A DNA stretch of 64,000 bases, taken from assembly GCA_021827745.1 (NCBI GenBank), contig JAKAUI010000037.1, positions 6,742 through 70,741 on the forward strand, in the 5' to 3' direction. Positions 47,562 through 57,448 of this stretch are shown one piece after another. The stretch is from Bacillota bacterium. GTDB taxonomy: Bacteria; Bacillota; Sulfobacillia; JAJZYS01; JAJZLH01. A program made the translations under genes and the position numbers. Below the pieces are notes generated by a model, which was given only the letters and a program-made list of their open reading frames with translations, was not told the origin of the DNA and made no database searches. Numbering within the stretch: position 1 is the first letter of the stretch; the number at the start of each line of letters is the position of its first letter.

Positions 47562-48871
47562 GCCACTCGAGCTGGATCCCTCTGATCGGCGCCGCTGTAG
47601 GCGGAGTGATCGGCGTCGCCTTCGGCCCGGGCGCCCTTGTCGCCGGCATGCTGGTCGGCACCGCTGCCGGGTCGATCTACCTGTCTGCTGCGGAGCGCAG
47701 GCGGGGGCAGGCCGAGTGGGAGTACGACCAGTTGGTCCGCCGACTGCGCCAGCTTGCCGGCGGTGAGGGCGACGCGGCGGCGAGTCTTGACCTCGTGGAA
47801 GCCGAGCTGGGCGACCGCCGGGTGCAGGCGGAGGCTCAGAGCTCGCTGCTCAGCCAGCTGGACGTCGGCGTGGTGCTGATCGACGCGAGAAGGCGAATCA
47901 CCGCCATCACGCCCAGAGCGGTGGCGCTGCTCGGGGTGCTGCCGGCGGCGGTCGTCGGGCTGCCGCTCTTGGCCGTCTCCGGCATGCTGCCGGTCGAAGG
48001 CGCACTGGCGGCGGCAGATGGGACCGAACGACAGGTTGAGCTTCAGGGGGCGGACGGCGGCCAGCTGGCGGTCCGGGTGCTGTCGCTGGGTCAGGGCTGG
48101 GCCCTTGTGATCCGAGATGTGACGGAGCTCTACCATCTGCAGGAGGCCGGCCAGGAACTGGTGGCCAACCTCTCGCATGAGCTGCGGACGCCTCTGACCG
48201 CCATTCGCGGCTACCTGGAGACAGCGATGGACGACGCCTTGAGCGCAGACGAGCATCGCCGCTTCCTTAGGGTGGCGATGCGCGAGGTGCAGCGGATGGG
48301 CGCCATGGTCGACAGCATGCTCGACCTCTCCACCCTCGAGGCACGGCGCCGACCGCCGGAGTTTCGGGCCATCGACATCGACCAGCTGATCGCAGAGATC
48401 GGCGAGTCGCTGCTGCCCGTGTTCTCCGGACGGCAGATCACGCTCACCTGCCGACCGCAGAGCGGGCAGATCGTGCGCAGCGATCCCTCGTTTTTGCAGG
48501 AGATTCTGCTGAACTGCCTGGACAACGCCCAGAAGTACACCGCCCCCGGCGGGGAGGTCACGCTCGGCGCCCAGGTCGCGGGCGACCAGGTTGTTCTGAC
48601 GGTGAGCGACACCGGCCGCGGCATCTCGGCGGAAGATCTGCCGCACATCTTCGACCGCTTCTACCGTGTCGACCGGGCGCGCAGCCGGGCGTCCGGCGGC
48701 ACCGGTCTGGGGCTTGCCATCGCCCACCGTCTGGCCGAGGCGATCGGGGCCAGCTTGGTTGCGACCAGTGAACCGGGAGTCGGGACCACCTTTCGCCTGG
48801 AACTGCCCTCTGCCAGCGCCGAGGAGTCCCGCCTCGACGTCGCCCCGGCCGAAGGATTCACCGAACCTTAA
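47558..48871 (+). CDS. phoR: Sensor histidine kinase
   Basis: SHELRTPL, DNAQKY, DTGRGI, FYRVD, GTGLGL. Confidence 0.85.
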   Translation: MSHSSWIPLIGAAVGGVIGVAFGPGALVAGMLVGTAAGSIYLSAAERRRGQAEWEYDQLVRRLRQLAGGEGDAAASLDLVEAELGDRRVQAEAQSSLLSQLDVGVVLIDARRRITAITPRAVALLGVLPAAVVGLPLLAVSGMLPVEGALAAADGTERQVELQGADGGQLAVRVLSLGQGWALVIRDVTELYHLQEAGQELVANLSHELRTPLTAIRGYLETAMDDALSADEHRRFLRVAMREVQRMGAMVDSMLDLSTLEARRRPPEFRAIDIDQLIAEIGESLLPVFSGRQITLTCRPQSGQIVRSDPSFLQEILLNCLDNAQKYTAPGGEVTLGAQVAGDQVVLTVSDTGRGISAEDLPHIFDRFYRVDRARSRASGGTGLGLAIAHRLAEAIGASLVATSEPGVGTTFRLELPSASAEESRLDVAPAEGFTEP

Positions 48872-48957
48872 GATGGCGGGGCGGCCGTCGCCTTGTACCC
48901 GGCTCCCCGGTTGCGCATGATACGTGAGGATGAGGCAGGTGGCGAGGAGGGCATCCG

Positions 48958-49719
48958 TTGGCGGACCAGACCCTGCGCATTGAGGTTCGCCACCTGGACC
49001 TGTTCTACGGGCAGGTGCAGGCCCTGAAGGACATCAATCTGCAGGTGATGTCCGGGCTGGTCACGGCCCTGGTCGGACCGAGCGGCTGCGGCAAGTCGTC
49101 GTTTCTGCGCACCATCAACCGGATGAACGACGTGATCCCCGGCGCCCGGATGAACGGCGACGTGCTGGTCGATGGCGTGGACGTTTACGGCGCCATGGAC
49201 GTGGCCACCCTGCGCAAGCGGGTGGGGATGGTGTTCCAGAAGCCGAACCCCTTCCCCCGCTCCATCTTCGAGAATGTCGCCTATGGGCCCCGGATTCACG
49301 GCCAACGCAAGCCGGCTGACCTGGCCGAGACCGTGGAGCGAAGCCTGCGCCAGGCGGCGCTCTGGGACGAGGTGAAGGACAAGCTGCACCGCTCGGCCTA
49401 CACCCTGTCCGGCGGCCAGCAGCAGCGGCTGTGCATCGCCCGGGCGCTGGCCGTCGGGCCCGAGATCCTCTTGATGGACGAGCCGGCCTCTGCCCTCGAC
49501 CCGATCGCCACGGCCCGGATCGAGGAGTTGGTCCATCAGCTGAAGACCTCCTACACCATCGTGATCGTCACCCACAACCTGCAGCAGGCGTCGCGCGTCT
49601 CCCAGCATGCCGCCTTCTTCCTCTCCGGGGAGCTGGTCGAGGCGGGGAGCACGTCCGATCTGTTCACGGCGCCCCGGGACAAGCGGACCGAGGACTATCT
49701 GACCGGTCGATTCGGATAG
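48958..49719 (+). CDS. pstB: Phosphate ABC transporter ATP-binding protein
   Basis: [36 protein letters not shown]. Confidence 0.96.
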   Translation: MADQTLRIEVRHLDLFYGQVQALKDINLQVMSGLVTALVGPSGCGKSSFLRTINRMNDVIPGARMNGDVLVDGVDVYGAMDVATLRKRVGMVFQKPNPFPRSIFENVAYGPRIHGQRKPADLAETVERSLRQAALWDEVKDKLHRSAYTLSGGQQQRLCIARALAVGPEILLMDEPASALDPIATARIEELVHQLKTSYTIVIVTHNLQQASRVSQHAAFFLSGELVEAGSTSDLFTAPRDKRTEDYLTGRFG

Positions 49720-49730
49720 GGGGAAAGGGC

Positions 49731-50393
49731 ATGTCGATGCATCCGTCTCCGTTTCACGACCAGTTGGATGCCCTGCAGCAAGATGTGCTGAAGATGGGCA
49801 CCATCGTCGAGCAGGCGCTGGACGAGGCGGTGCGCGCCCTGGCTGTGGGCGACCTCGAGGCAGCCCAGCGCGTCATCGCCGGAGACGACGAGCTGGACCG
49901 CATGGAGATCGAAATCGAGCAGACCTGCCTCACCCTGATCGCCCTCCATCAGCCGCTGGCCGGCGATCTCAGGGTCTTGGGCACGGCGCTCAAGCTGGTG
50001 ACCGACATCGAGCGGATCGGGGACCATGCCGTGGACATTGCCAAGGTGGTGATCCGGCTGGACGCGGAGCCCCTGATCAAGCCGCTGATCGACATCCCGG
50101 AGATGGCTGACGTGGTGCGCCGGATGCTCCGGGAGTGCCTCAGCGCGTATGTCCGCAGGGATCCCACCCTGGCCAGAGAGGTGATGGGACTCGACGACCA
50201 GGTGGACCACCTCTACTCCAAGGTCTTCCGGGATCTCCTGGCCCGCATGATCGAGAGTCCGGACAAGACGCGCCAGGGCGCCTACCTGCTGCTGGTGGCG
50301 CAGTATCTGGAGCGGGTGGGCGACCACGCCACCAACTTCGGTGAGTGGATCGTGTATATGGTGACGGGTGAGAGAGTCGATCTGAACGCCTGA
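49731..50393 (+). CDS. phoU: Phosphate signalling protein PhoU
   Basis: QPLAGDLR, ERIGDHA, ERVGDHATN. Confidence 0.96.
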   Translation: MSMHPSPFHDQLDALQQDVLKMGTIVEQALDEAVRALAVGDLEAAQRVIAGDDELDRMEIEIEQTCLTLIALHQPLAGDLRVLGTALKLVTDIERIGDHAVDIAKVVIRLDAEPLIKPLIDIPEMADVVRRMLRECLSAYVRRDPTLAREVMGLDDQVDHLYSKVFRDLLARMIESPDKTRQGAYLLLVAQYLERVGDHATNFGEWIVYMVTGERVDLNA

Positions 50394-50447
50394 CCCTAGG
50401 CAAAACCTGACACATGGTGCTGTGAGTGTCAGGAAAATTGGGTGAAC

Positions 50448-50498
50448 TGTTAAAAAAGATGACACAACATTGACATTGCTCCAGCCTCTCCCTAGGCT
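50448..50498 (+). promoter_or_regulatory. GlnR/TnrA box plus sigma-A promoter of glnR-glnA
   Basis: TGTTA-AAAAAGA-TGACA (50448-50464) matches TGTNA-N7-TNACA. TTGACA(50470)-17-TAGGCT(50493). Confidence 0.9.
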
Positions 50499-50518
50499 TT
50501 GGCCCAGGGGGTGAGGAC

Positions 50519-50863
50519 ATGGCGCTTGTCCCGATGCGAGTGGCGATGGAGCGGACGGGGCTCAGCGCCCGGCAGATCAGGCACTACGAAGCGCAGGGGC
50601 TGGTGTCCCCTGTGCGCTCTGGTGGCGGGCAGCGGGCCTATCGGCAAGCGGACATCAGGCGGCTCCTGCAGGTGCGTGACCTCCTGCAGCAGGGGCTCGG
50701 CCTGGATGCGGCCAGGGCGCTTCTTGCCGGCGATGGGGGCGATGACGAGCCAGAGCGCCAGTGGCTCCCGGCCAGCGTGCCAAAGAGCCTCTACCCGGTG
50801 CTGGATCGGGCCGAGATGGAGCGAATCGTGGCCGAACGTCAACAGGAGGAGGACGATGCGTGA
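50519..50863 (+). CDS. glnR: MerR-family nitrogen regulator (GlnR-like)
   Basis: TGLSARQIRHYE.QGLV.P.R..GGQR.Y; coupled to glnA and preceded by a GlnR box. Confidence 0.8.
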   Translation: MALVPMRVAMERTGLSARQIRHYEAQGLVSPVRSGGGQRAYRQADIRRLLQVRDLLQQGLGLDAARALLAGDGGDDEPERQWLPASVPKSLYPVLDRAEMERIVAERQQEEDDA

Positions 50864-52281
50864 ACGCGTCTGAGGTGCTCGAAGCGATCGTGCGGGACAA
50901 GATCGAGTTTGTCGACCTCAAGTTTTCGGACCTGCCCGGATCCTGGCACCACGTCACCCTGCCGGCCCGCGAACTGGAGGCGAGCAGCTTCACTGCCGGG
51001 CTGCCGTTTGACGGGTCGTCCTTGCGCGGGTTTCGGGAGATCGAAGAGTCGGACATGATCCTGATGCCCGATCCCAACACCGCCTTCGTCGACCCCTTCT
51101 ACGCCCACGCCACCTTGTCGCTGGTGGCGGACGTGCTGGACCCGGCGCTTCGTCCCTACGGCCGCGACCCGCGCGGCGTGGCCAAGCGGGCCGAGGCCTA
51201 TCTACTGGCTTCTGGCATCGCCGACCGCGCCTACTTCGGTCCAGAACTGGAGTTCTTCGTGTTCGACGATGTGCGCTTTGACAACAGCCCGAACTCAAGC
51301 TTCTTCTCGATCGACGGCGAGGAGTCAGCGTGGTCGAGCGGAGACGCCGGCAGCCGGCCGGGCTACCGAATCCGGGCCAAAGAGGGCTATGCGCCGGTAC
51401 CGCCCTTGGACGCCCTGAGCGACCTGCGCAGCGAGATGGTGCTCCACTTGGAGGCGGTCGGAATCCGGGTCGAGCGCCATCACCACGAGGTGGCGACGGC
51501 CGGCCAGGGCGAGATCGGCTTCACCTACGACACCCTGGTCAAGACCGCCGACAACGTGCTCAGCTTCAAGTACGTGGTCAAGAACACGGCGGTGGAAAAC
51601 GGGCGCAGCGCCACCTTCATGCCAAAGCCGCTGTTCGGCGACAACGGATCGGGCATGCACACGCACCAGTCGCTGTGGAAGGGCAAGACGCCGCTCTTCT
51701 TCGACCAGCAGGGCTACGGCCAGATGAGCGAGACGGCGCTCTTCTACATCGGCGGCATCCTGCGTCACGCCCCTGCGCTGGTCGGGCTGTGCAACGCCTC
51801 CACCAACTCGTTTCGCCGCCTGGTGCCCGGGTACGAGGCGCCGACCGACCTGGTCTTCTCCAAGGGCAACCGTTCGGCGGCGGTGCGGATTCCGATCTCG
51901 GCGGTGACGCCAAAGAGCAGCCGGATCGAATTTCGCACTCCGGACTCGACCGGAAACCCGTATCTGGCCCTTTCCGCCATGCTGATGGCCGGCCTGGACG
52001 GCATCAAGAACCGGATCGACCCGCGCAAGCTGGGCATGGGTCCGCTCGACAAGAACATCTATCACCTGAGTGAGCGCGACCGAAAGAAGATCCGCTCGGT
52101 TCCGTCGTCTTTGACCGAGGCATTGGGCGAGTTGAAGCGGGACCACGCCTTTTTGCTGGAGGGCGGTGTGTTCAGCCGCGACCTGGTCGAGGCCTGGATC
52201 GACTACAAGATGAGCCACGAGGTGCACGCGGTCGGACTGCGGCCAACCCCGTACGAATTTCAGCTCTACTACGACATCTAG
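50860..52281 (+). CDS. glnA: Glutamine synthetase type I (GSI-beta-like)
   Basis: FDGSS, HHEVA, FMPKP, NGSGMH, PGYEAP, IEFRTPD. Confidence 0.97.
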   Translation: MNASEVLEAIVRDKIEFVDLKFSDLPGSWHHVTLPARELEASSFTAGLPFDGSSLRGFREIEESDMILMPDPNTAFVDPFYAHATLSLVADVLDPALRPYGRDPRGVAKRAEAYLLASGIADRAYFGPELEFFVFDDVRFDNSPNSSFFSIDGEESAWSSGDAGSRPGYRIRAKEGYAPVPPLDALSDLRSEMVLHLEAVGIRVERHHHEVATAGQGEIGFTYDTLVKTADNVLSFKYVVKNTAVENGRSATFMPKPLFGDNGSGMHTHQSLWKGKTPLFFDQQGYGQMSETALFYIGGILRHAPALVGLCNASTNSFRRLVPGYEAPTDLVFSKGNRSAAVRIPISAVTPKSSRIEFRTPDSTGNPYLALSAMLMAGLDGIKNRIDPRKLGMGPLDKNIYHLSERDRKKIRSVPSSLTEALGELKRDHAFLLEGGVFSRDLVEAWIDYKMSHEVHAVGLRPTPYEFQLYYDI

Positions 52282-52369
52282 ACCCGGGCCAGCCCTGTTC
52301 GCCAAGACCCGTCGGTGCGCCGCCGCGGGCGGTGCCCAGTTCGGGAGAGGGAGCCTGTAGCCTGAGACG

Positions 52370-52897
52370 ATGGGGAGGACGGCGGGCGTGGCCCTGACGA
52401 TCGCGGTCGATGACCCGGGTGCCAAGGACGTGCAGGATCTCTTGGCAGTCCATCTGGCCTTCTGCCACACGAGCAGCCCCCCTGAATATTCCCATGCGCT
52501 GGATGCCGTGGGCCTGCTGGATCCGGCGCTGACGGTCGTCAGCGCTCGAGAAGACAGCCGTCTGCTCGGCATCGGAGCCATCAAGCAGCTGAGCGCGGCG
52601 CACGGCGAGGTGAAATCGATGCATACCCGGGAGGCTGCACGGGGCAGGGGCGTGGGACGGGCGATCCTGGTCCGCCTGCTCGCCCTGGCCAGCGAGCGGG
52701 GCTATCGGCAGGTCAGCCTGGAGACCGGGACCACGCCTCACTTCGCGGCCGCCCGCGCCCTCTATGCCGACATGGGATTCACGTCCTGTGCACCCTTTTC
52801 CGACTATGTGGACAGTCCGTACAACACGTTCATGACGATCTGGCTGGACACCAAGGCGCCAAGGCCAATGGTCAGAGCGGTAGAGCCCAAGGGGTAG
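52370..52897 (+). CDS. GNAT N-acetyltransferase (YsnE-like)
   Basis: GEVKSMHT, RGRGVG, SLETG. Start is 52370 or 52388. Confidence 0.88.
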   Translation: MGRTAGVALTIAVDDPGAKDVQDLLAVHLAFCHTSSPPEYSHALDAVGLLDPALTVVSAREDSRLLGIGAIKQLSAAHGEVKSMHTREAARGRGVGRAILVRLLALASERGYRQVSLETGTTPHFAAARALYADMGFTSCAPFSDYVDSPYNTFMTIWLDTKAPRPMVRAVEPKG

Positions 52898-53023
52898 GAC
52901 CCATGCCCGGCCGATGGCCACTGTCCTGCCAAGGCCGGCAGACAGTGCAACCTTGGCAGCGGTACGGTGACGGGCATTTGGCTATAATGAAGCCGTCCGC
53001 TTGCACGTGCACGACTGGGAGGC

Positions 53024-54037
53024 ATGCCCGTGGTCAGCCATCGGCTCGGCATCAACGGCTTTGGAAGCATCGGCAGGCGGGCGCTGCGGATCGCTCTGCA
53101 AGACCCCAGGTGGCGAGACCGCCTGGCCGTGAACCACACACAGCCTCCAGCCATGATGGCGCACCTTCTGGCCCACGACTCCACCTATGGCCGATATCCG
53201 GGAACCGTGGTGGCGGAGGAGCACGCCCTGGTGGTAGACGGCCACCGGGTGCCGGTCACGGCAGAGCTGGACCCCAGCCGCATCCCCTGGCGCCAGGAAG
53301 ACGTCACCATCGTCTTGGAGTGCACGCCGAAGTTTCGAAAGCGGGTCGAGGCCGCCGCCCATCTTGCGGCCGGCGCCAGACTGGTGATCATCTCGGCGGC
53401 CGCCAAAGACGACGATCTGATGGTGATCTACGGCGTCAATCACAGCCGCTTCGATCCAAATCGCCACCAGGTGATCTCGGCCGGGTCGTGCACCACAAAC
53501 GCCCTGGTTCCGGTGCTGTCGGTCCTGGATCGCAGCTTCGGGATCGAGCGGGGCCTGCTCACGACGGTGCACAGCTACACCCGGGACCAGTCGCTGGTGG
53601 ACGGCAGTCACCATGACCTCAGGCGGGCCCGCACGGCCGGCGAGAGCATCATCCCGACCTCGACCGGCGCCGCCCTGGCCGTGAAGCGGGTGCTGCCGGA
53701 GTTGGAGGGCCGGGTGACCGGCCTCGCCCTGCGGGTGCCGACGCCGTCGGTGTCGATCGTCGATCTGAGCGCCGATCTGCGCCAGCCGGCGTCGGCCGAA
53801 GAGATCAACGCTGCCTTCCGGTCTGCTGCCACGGGCGATCTGAAGGGCGTGCTGGCCGTCGAAGACGAACCTCTGGTCTCGATCGACTTCCGGCAGAACC
53901 CGCACTCGGCGGTGGTCGACTCGGCCTTGACCCTGGCTGTCGGGACGATGGTCAAGGTCCTCGCCTGGTACGACAACGAATGGGCCTACGCCCAGCGCCT
54001 GATCGATCTCGCCACCTACGCAGACGCAGCGCTGTGA
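53024..54037 (+). CDS. gap: Type I glyceraldehyde-3-phosphate dehydrogenase
   Basis: GINGFG, SCTTN, IIPTSTGAA, RVPT, WYDNE; TATAAT at 52983. Confidence 0.95.
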   Translation: MPVVSHRLGINGFGSIGRRALRIALQDPRWRDRLAVNHTQPPAMMAHLLAHDSTYGRYPGTVVAEEHALVVDGHRVPVTAELDPSRIPWRQEDVTIVLECTPKFRKRVEAAAHLAAGARLVIISAAAKDDDLMVIYGVNHSRFDPNRHQVISAGSCTTNALVPVLSVLDRSFGIERGLLTTVHSYTRDQSLVDGSHHDLRRARTAGESIIPTSTGAALAVKRVLPELEGRVTGLALRVPTPSVSIVDLSADLRQPASAEEINAAFRSAATGDLKGVLAVEDEPLVSIDFRQNPHSAVVDSALTLAVGTMVKVLAWYDNEWAYAQRLIDLATYADAAL

Positions 54038-55197
54038 ACGCACTGCCCACGCTGGGCGAGCTGCCTGCCGCCGTGCGGCGCCTCCTCGTGCGGGTGGACT
54101 TCAACGTGCCCCTGAAAGGCGGCCAGGTGGCCGACGACTTCCGGATCAGGGCGGCCGCCCCGACGGTGCAGACGCTGCTTGAGCGCCAGGTGGGCGTGAC
54201 CTTGATCTCGCATCTGGGCCGGCCCGGCGGGCGACCGAACCTGTCTCTCAGCCTCGAGCCTCTGGCCGACGTGGTGGCTCGCCAGGTGGGGTGTCCCGTC
54301 AGCTTCGTGCCCGGCGTGCCCGGAGACAGCGCCTACCAGCAGGCGGTGCGCTCCGATCCGACGGTGGTCCTTTTGGCTGAGAATCTGCGCTTTGATCCGG
54401 GGGAGGAGGCCAACGACCCGGCCTTCGCCGCCCGCCTGGCCAGTGGCCACGACGGCTTCGTTCAAGACGCCTTCGGCACCCTGCACCGATCGCACGCCTC
54501 CACCGTCGCCGTGACAAAGACCCTGCCGTCTTGGGCTGGCCCCTTGGTGGCGGCCGAGGTGGCGGCCCTGGACGCACTCCTTAGCGATCCCCGCCGCCCC
54601 TTCGGACTGGTCGTCGGCGGCGCCAAGATGAAGGACAAGCTGCCGCTCTTGCGCCGACTGCTGCCCGAAGTCGACACCGTGCTGATCGGGGGCGCCCTGG
54701 CCAGCACCTTTTTGGCGGCGAGCGGCCTCGCCGTGGGGGCAAGCCTGTACGAACCCGGCGAGCTGGACAGCGCCCGTCTCCTGCTCGATGCCTGGCCGGA
54801 CGTGATCCACCTGCCAGACAGCGTGGTGGTGGAGCGGGCTGGCGGGGTGGAGGAGGTCAGCGCCGCAGAGGTTTTGTCAGATGCCAGGATCATGGACGTG
54901 GGAAGGCGAACGCTCAACGCCTGGCGGCCCATGGTGGCGGGTTTGGGCCGGCTTTTCTGGAACGGACCGATCGGGTTCTACGAGCGACCGCCCTTCGACC
55001 AGGGGACGGCTCAGCTCGCCCGCTTCGTCGGCGAGATGACAGGCATGTCGGTGGTCGGCGGCGGTGATTCTCTGGCGGCCGTCCGCCGGCTCGGCCTCGA
55101 AGCGTCGATCAGCCATCTGTCCACTGGCGGCGGCGCCGCACTGGCCTACCTTGAGGGCGACGTCCTGCCGGGTCTTATGGCACTGGAGGAAAGGTGA
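54034..55197 (+). CDS. pgk: Phosphoglycerate kinase
   Basis: RVDFNVP, SHLGRP, ENLRF, WNGP, STGGGA. Confidence 0.96.
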   Translation: MNALPTLGELPAAVRRLLVRVDFNVPLKGGQVADDFRIRAAAPTVQTLLERQVGVTLISHLGRPGGRPNLSLSLEPLADVVARQVGCPVSFVPGVPGDSAYQQAVRSDPTVVLLAENLRFDPGEEANDPAFAARLASGHDGFVQDAFGTLHRSHASTVAVTKTLPSWAGPLVAAEVAALDALLSDPRRPFGLVVGGAKMKDKLPLLRRLLPEVDTVLIGGALASTFLAASGLAVGASLYEPGELDSARLLLDAWPDVIHLPDSVVVERAGGVEEVSAAEVLSDARIMDVGRRTLNAWRPMVAGLGRLFWNGPIGFYERPPFDQGTAQLARFVGEMTGMSVVGGGDSLAAVRRLGLEASISHLSTGGGAALAYLEGDVLPGLMALEER

Positions 55198-55201
55198 AGT
55201 C

Positions 55202-55957
55202 ATGACCCCGATGGTGGCGGCGAACTGGAAAATGCATAAGGGAGAAGCGGAGGCGGTGGCCTGGGCAGACATTGTCTCGGCACGCCTGCCCCAAGGCATC
55301 GAGGCGGTCGTCTTCCCACCGGCAACCGCTCTGACCGCCGTTCGCCAGACGGTGGCCGGCCGCGGTCTCCAACTCGGCGGACAGAACCTCTTCTACGAGT
55401 CGGCGGGTGCCTACACCGGCGAGATCTCGCCGAAGATGCTGATCGCCGCTGGCTGCCGCTACGTTCTGGTCGGCCACTCCGAGCGCCGCCAGATCTTCGG
55501 CGAAAGCGACCGCGAGGTGGGCATGCGGCTTAGGGCCGCCCTCGAGGCCGGGCTGACCCCTCTCTTCTGTGTCGGTGAGCAGATTGAGGACTATGAGCGG
55601 GCCGACTACCACGGCGCCATCCAGCGCCAGATGGGTGTCGCCCTGAAGGGGCTCGAGGCAGAGCAGGTCGCCCGGATCGTGATGGCCTACGAGCCGGTGT
55701 GGGCGATCGGCACCGGGCGTTCGGCCACCGTCGTGGAGGCGGAACGGTCCGCAGACATCATCCGCCAAGTGATCCGCCGCCTCTACGGCGCAGGGATCAA
55801 CCTGCCGATCGTCTATGGGGGCTCGGTGGTTCAGGAGAACATCAGCGGCTTTGTGACGGTGGCCCACTTGGACGGCGTGCTGATCGGATCGGCCAGCCTC
55901 GACGCCGAGCTGTTCTGCACGCTGATGGAAGAGGTGGCAGGGGCCGTGGCCCCGTGA
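55202..55957 (+). CDS. tpiA: Triosephosphate isomerase
   Basis: NWKMH, GHSERR, AYEPVWAIGTG, YGGSV. Confidence 0.96.
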   Translation: MTPMVAANWKMHKGEAEAVAWADIVSARLPQGIEAVVFPPATALTAVRQTVAGRGLQLGGQNLFYESAGAYTGEISPKMLIAAGCRYVLVGHSERRQIFGESDREVGMRLRAALEAGLTPLFCVGEQIEDYERADYHGAIQRQMGVALKGLEAEQVARIVMAYEPVWAIGTGRSATVVEAERSADIIRQVIRRLYGAGINLPIVYGGSVVQENISGFVTVAHLDGVLIGSASLDAELFCTLMEEVAGAVAP

Positions 55958-57435
55958 GACCGGTGGCGCTGGTCGTGCTGGACGGCTGGGGCATCGCTGC
56001 CCCCGGACCCGGAAATGCCCTGTCCCAGGCCCGCCTGCCGGTCTGGGACGGGCTTGGCGGCCTGCCCCGGACCACGCTCGAGACCTCTGGCCCGGCCGTG
56101 GGGCTGGCTCCGGGTCAGGCGGGCAACTCCAACGTCGGGCACATGCACATCGGGGCTGGCCGGGTGATCCTCTCCGACCTGAGACGGATCGACCTCGCCA
56201 TCGCAGAGGGAAGCTTTCTCGCCATGCCAGCCCTGGTCGAGGCGCTAGAGGCGCCCCGCTTGCACGTGCTGGGCCTGTTCTCGGACGGCGGCGTGCACAG
56301 CGCGCTCGGTCACTGGCAGTCGATCGTGGCGGCCCGGGCAGGCAGGGGCCAGACCTTCTACCACCTCTTCACCGACGGTCGGGACGTGGCGCCGACGGCA
56401 TCGCTAGGGGACCTCGAGGCAGCCAGCAGCTGGCCAGGCTTTGGAGTCGCCACCTTAAGCGGGCGCTATTTCGCCATGGACCGCGACCATCGCTGGCCGC
56501 GGATCGAAAGAGCCTATCGGGCGATCGTGGACGGCCAGGCCGTGCGCCGAGCCACCTGGCGCCAGGCGCTCCAGGAGAGCGCCCGGGCCGGGGTGACCGA
56601 CGAGTTCATGGAGCCGGTGACGATCGGCGACTATCAGGGAGCGAGACCGGGAGATCGGTTCCTCTTTTTGAACTTTCGGGCCGATCGGGCCCGGGAGCTC
56701 AGCCACGCCCTGGCCGACCCCGAGTTTTCGCCGTTCGCCCGTCCGCTCGGCACGTTTGCGCTCACGACCCTCACTCGCTACGAGGAGCAGGGACTCTTGG
56801 CCACGCCGGTCTTTTCCCCGATCAGCCTGAGCCACACCCTCGGCGAGGAGGTCAGCGCCGCCGGGCTGCGCCAGGCCCGGGTGGCGGAGACCGAGAAGTA
56901 TGCCCATGTCACCTACTTTCTAGACGGCGGACGGGAGGACGCCTTTTCGGGCGAGACGCGCCACCTGGTGCCGTCGCCCCAGGTTGCCACCTACGATCTC
57001 AAGCCGCAGATGTCGGCTGGGGCCGTGACGGACGCCGCCCTCTCGGCGCTAGACGATGGTGCCGACCTGCTGGTCGTGAACTACGCCAATCCCGACATGG
57101 TGGGACACACCGGGAGCATTCCCGCCGCCATCGCCGCGGTGGAGGCAGTGGACCGCGAGCTGGGGCGGCTCCTCTCCGGCATCGCGCGGCGCTCGGGCGT
57201 CGCCTTGGTCATCGCCGACCACGGGAATGTGGAGATGATGATCGATCCAGAGACCGGCGGCCCGCACACCGCCCATACCGCCAATCCGGTGCCGGCCGTC
57301 CTGGTCGGGATGCCCCAAGCGCTGCTCTGGCCCGGTGGATTGATCGACGTGGCGCCAACACTGCTCGAGCTTCTGGGCCTGCCTCAGCCCGATGCCATGA
57401 CCGGTCGCTCCCTGCTCCGATCGCAAACCGCCTGA
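55954..57435 (+). CDS. gpmI: 2,3-BPG-independent phosphoglycerate mutase
   Basis: LDGWG, GNSNVGH, NFRADR, ETEKYAHVT, DMVGHTG, ADHGN. Confidence 0.96.
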   Translation: MRPVALVVLDGWGIAAPGPGNALSQARLPVWDGLGGLPRTTLETSGPAVGLAPGQAGNSNVGHMHIGAGRVILSDLRRIDLAIAEGSFLAMPALVEALEAPRLHVLGLFSDGGVHSALGHWQSIVAARAGRGQTFYHLFTDGRDVAPTASLGDLEAASSWPGFGVATLSGRYFAMDRDHRWPRIERAYRAIVDGQAVRRATWRQALQESARAGVTDEFMEPVTIGDYQGARPGDRFLFLNFRADRARELSHALADPEFSPFARPLGTFALTTLTRYEEQGLLATPVFSPISLSHTLGEEVSAAGLRQARVAETEKYAHVTYFLDGGREDAFSGETRHLVPSPQVATYDLKPQMSAGAVTDAALSALDDGADLLVVNYANPDMVGHTGSIPAAIAAVEAVDRELGRLLSGIARRSGVALVIADHGNVEMMIDPETGGPHTAHTANPVPAVLVGMPQALLWPGGLIDVAPTLLELLGLPQPDAMTGRSLLRSQTA

Positions 57436-57448
57436 GGAGGCCGCACAG

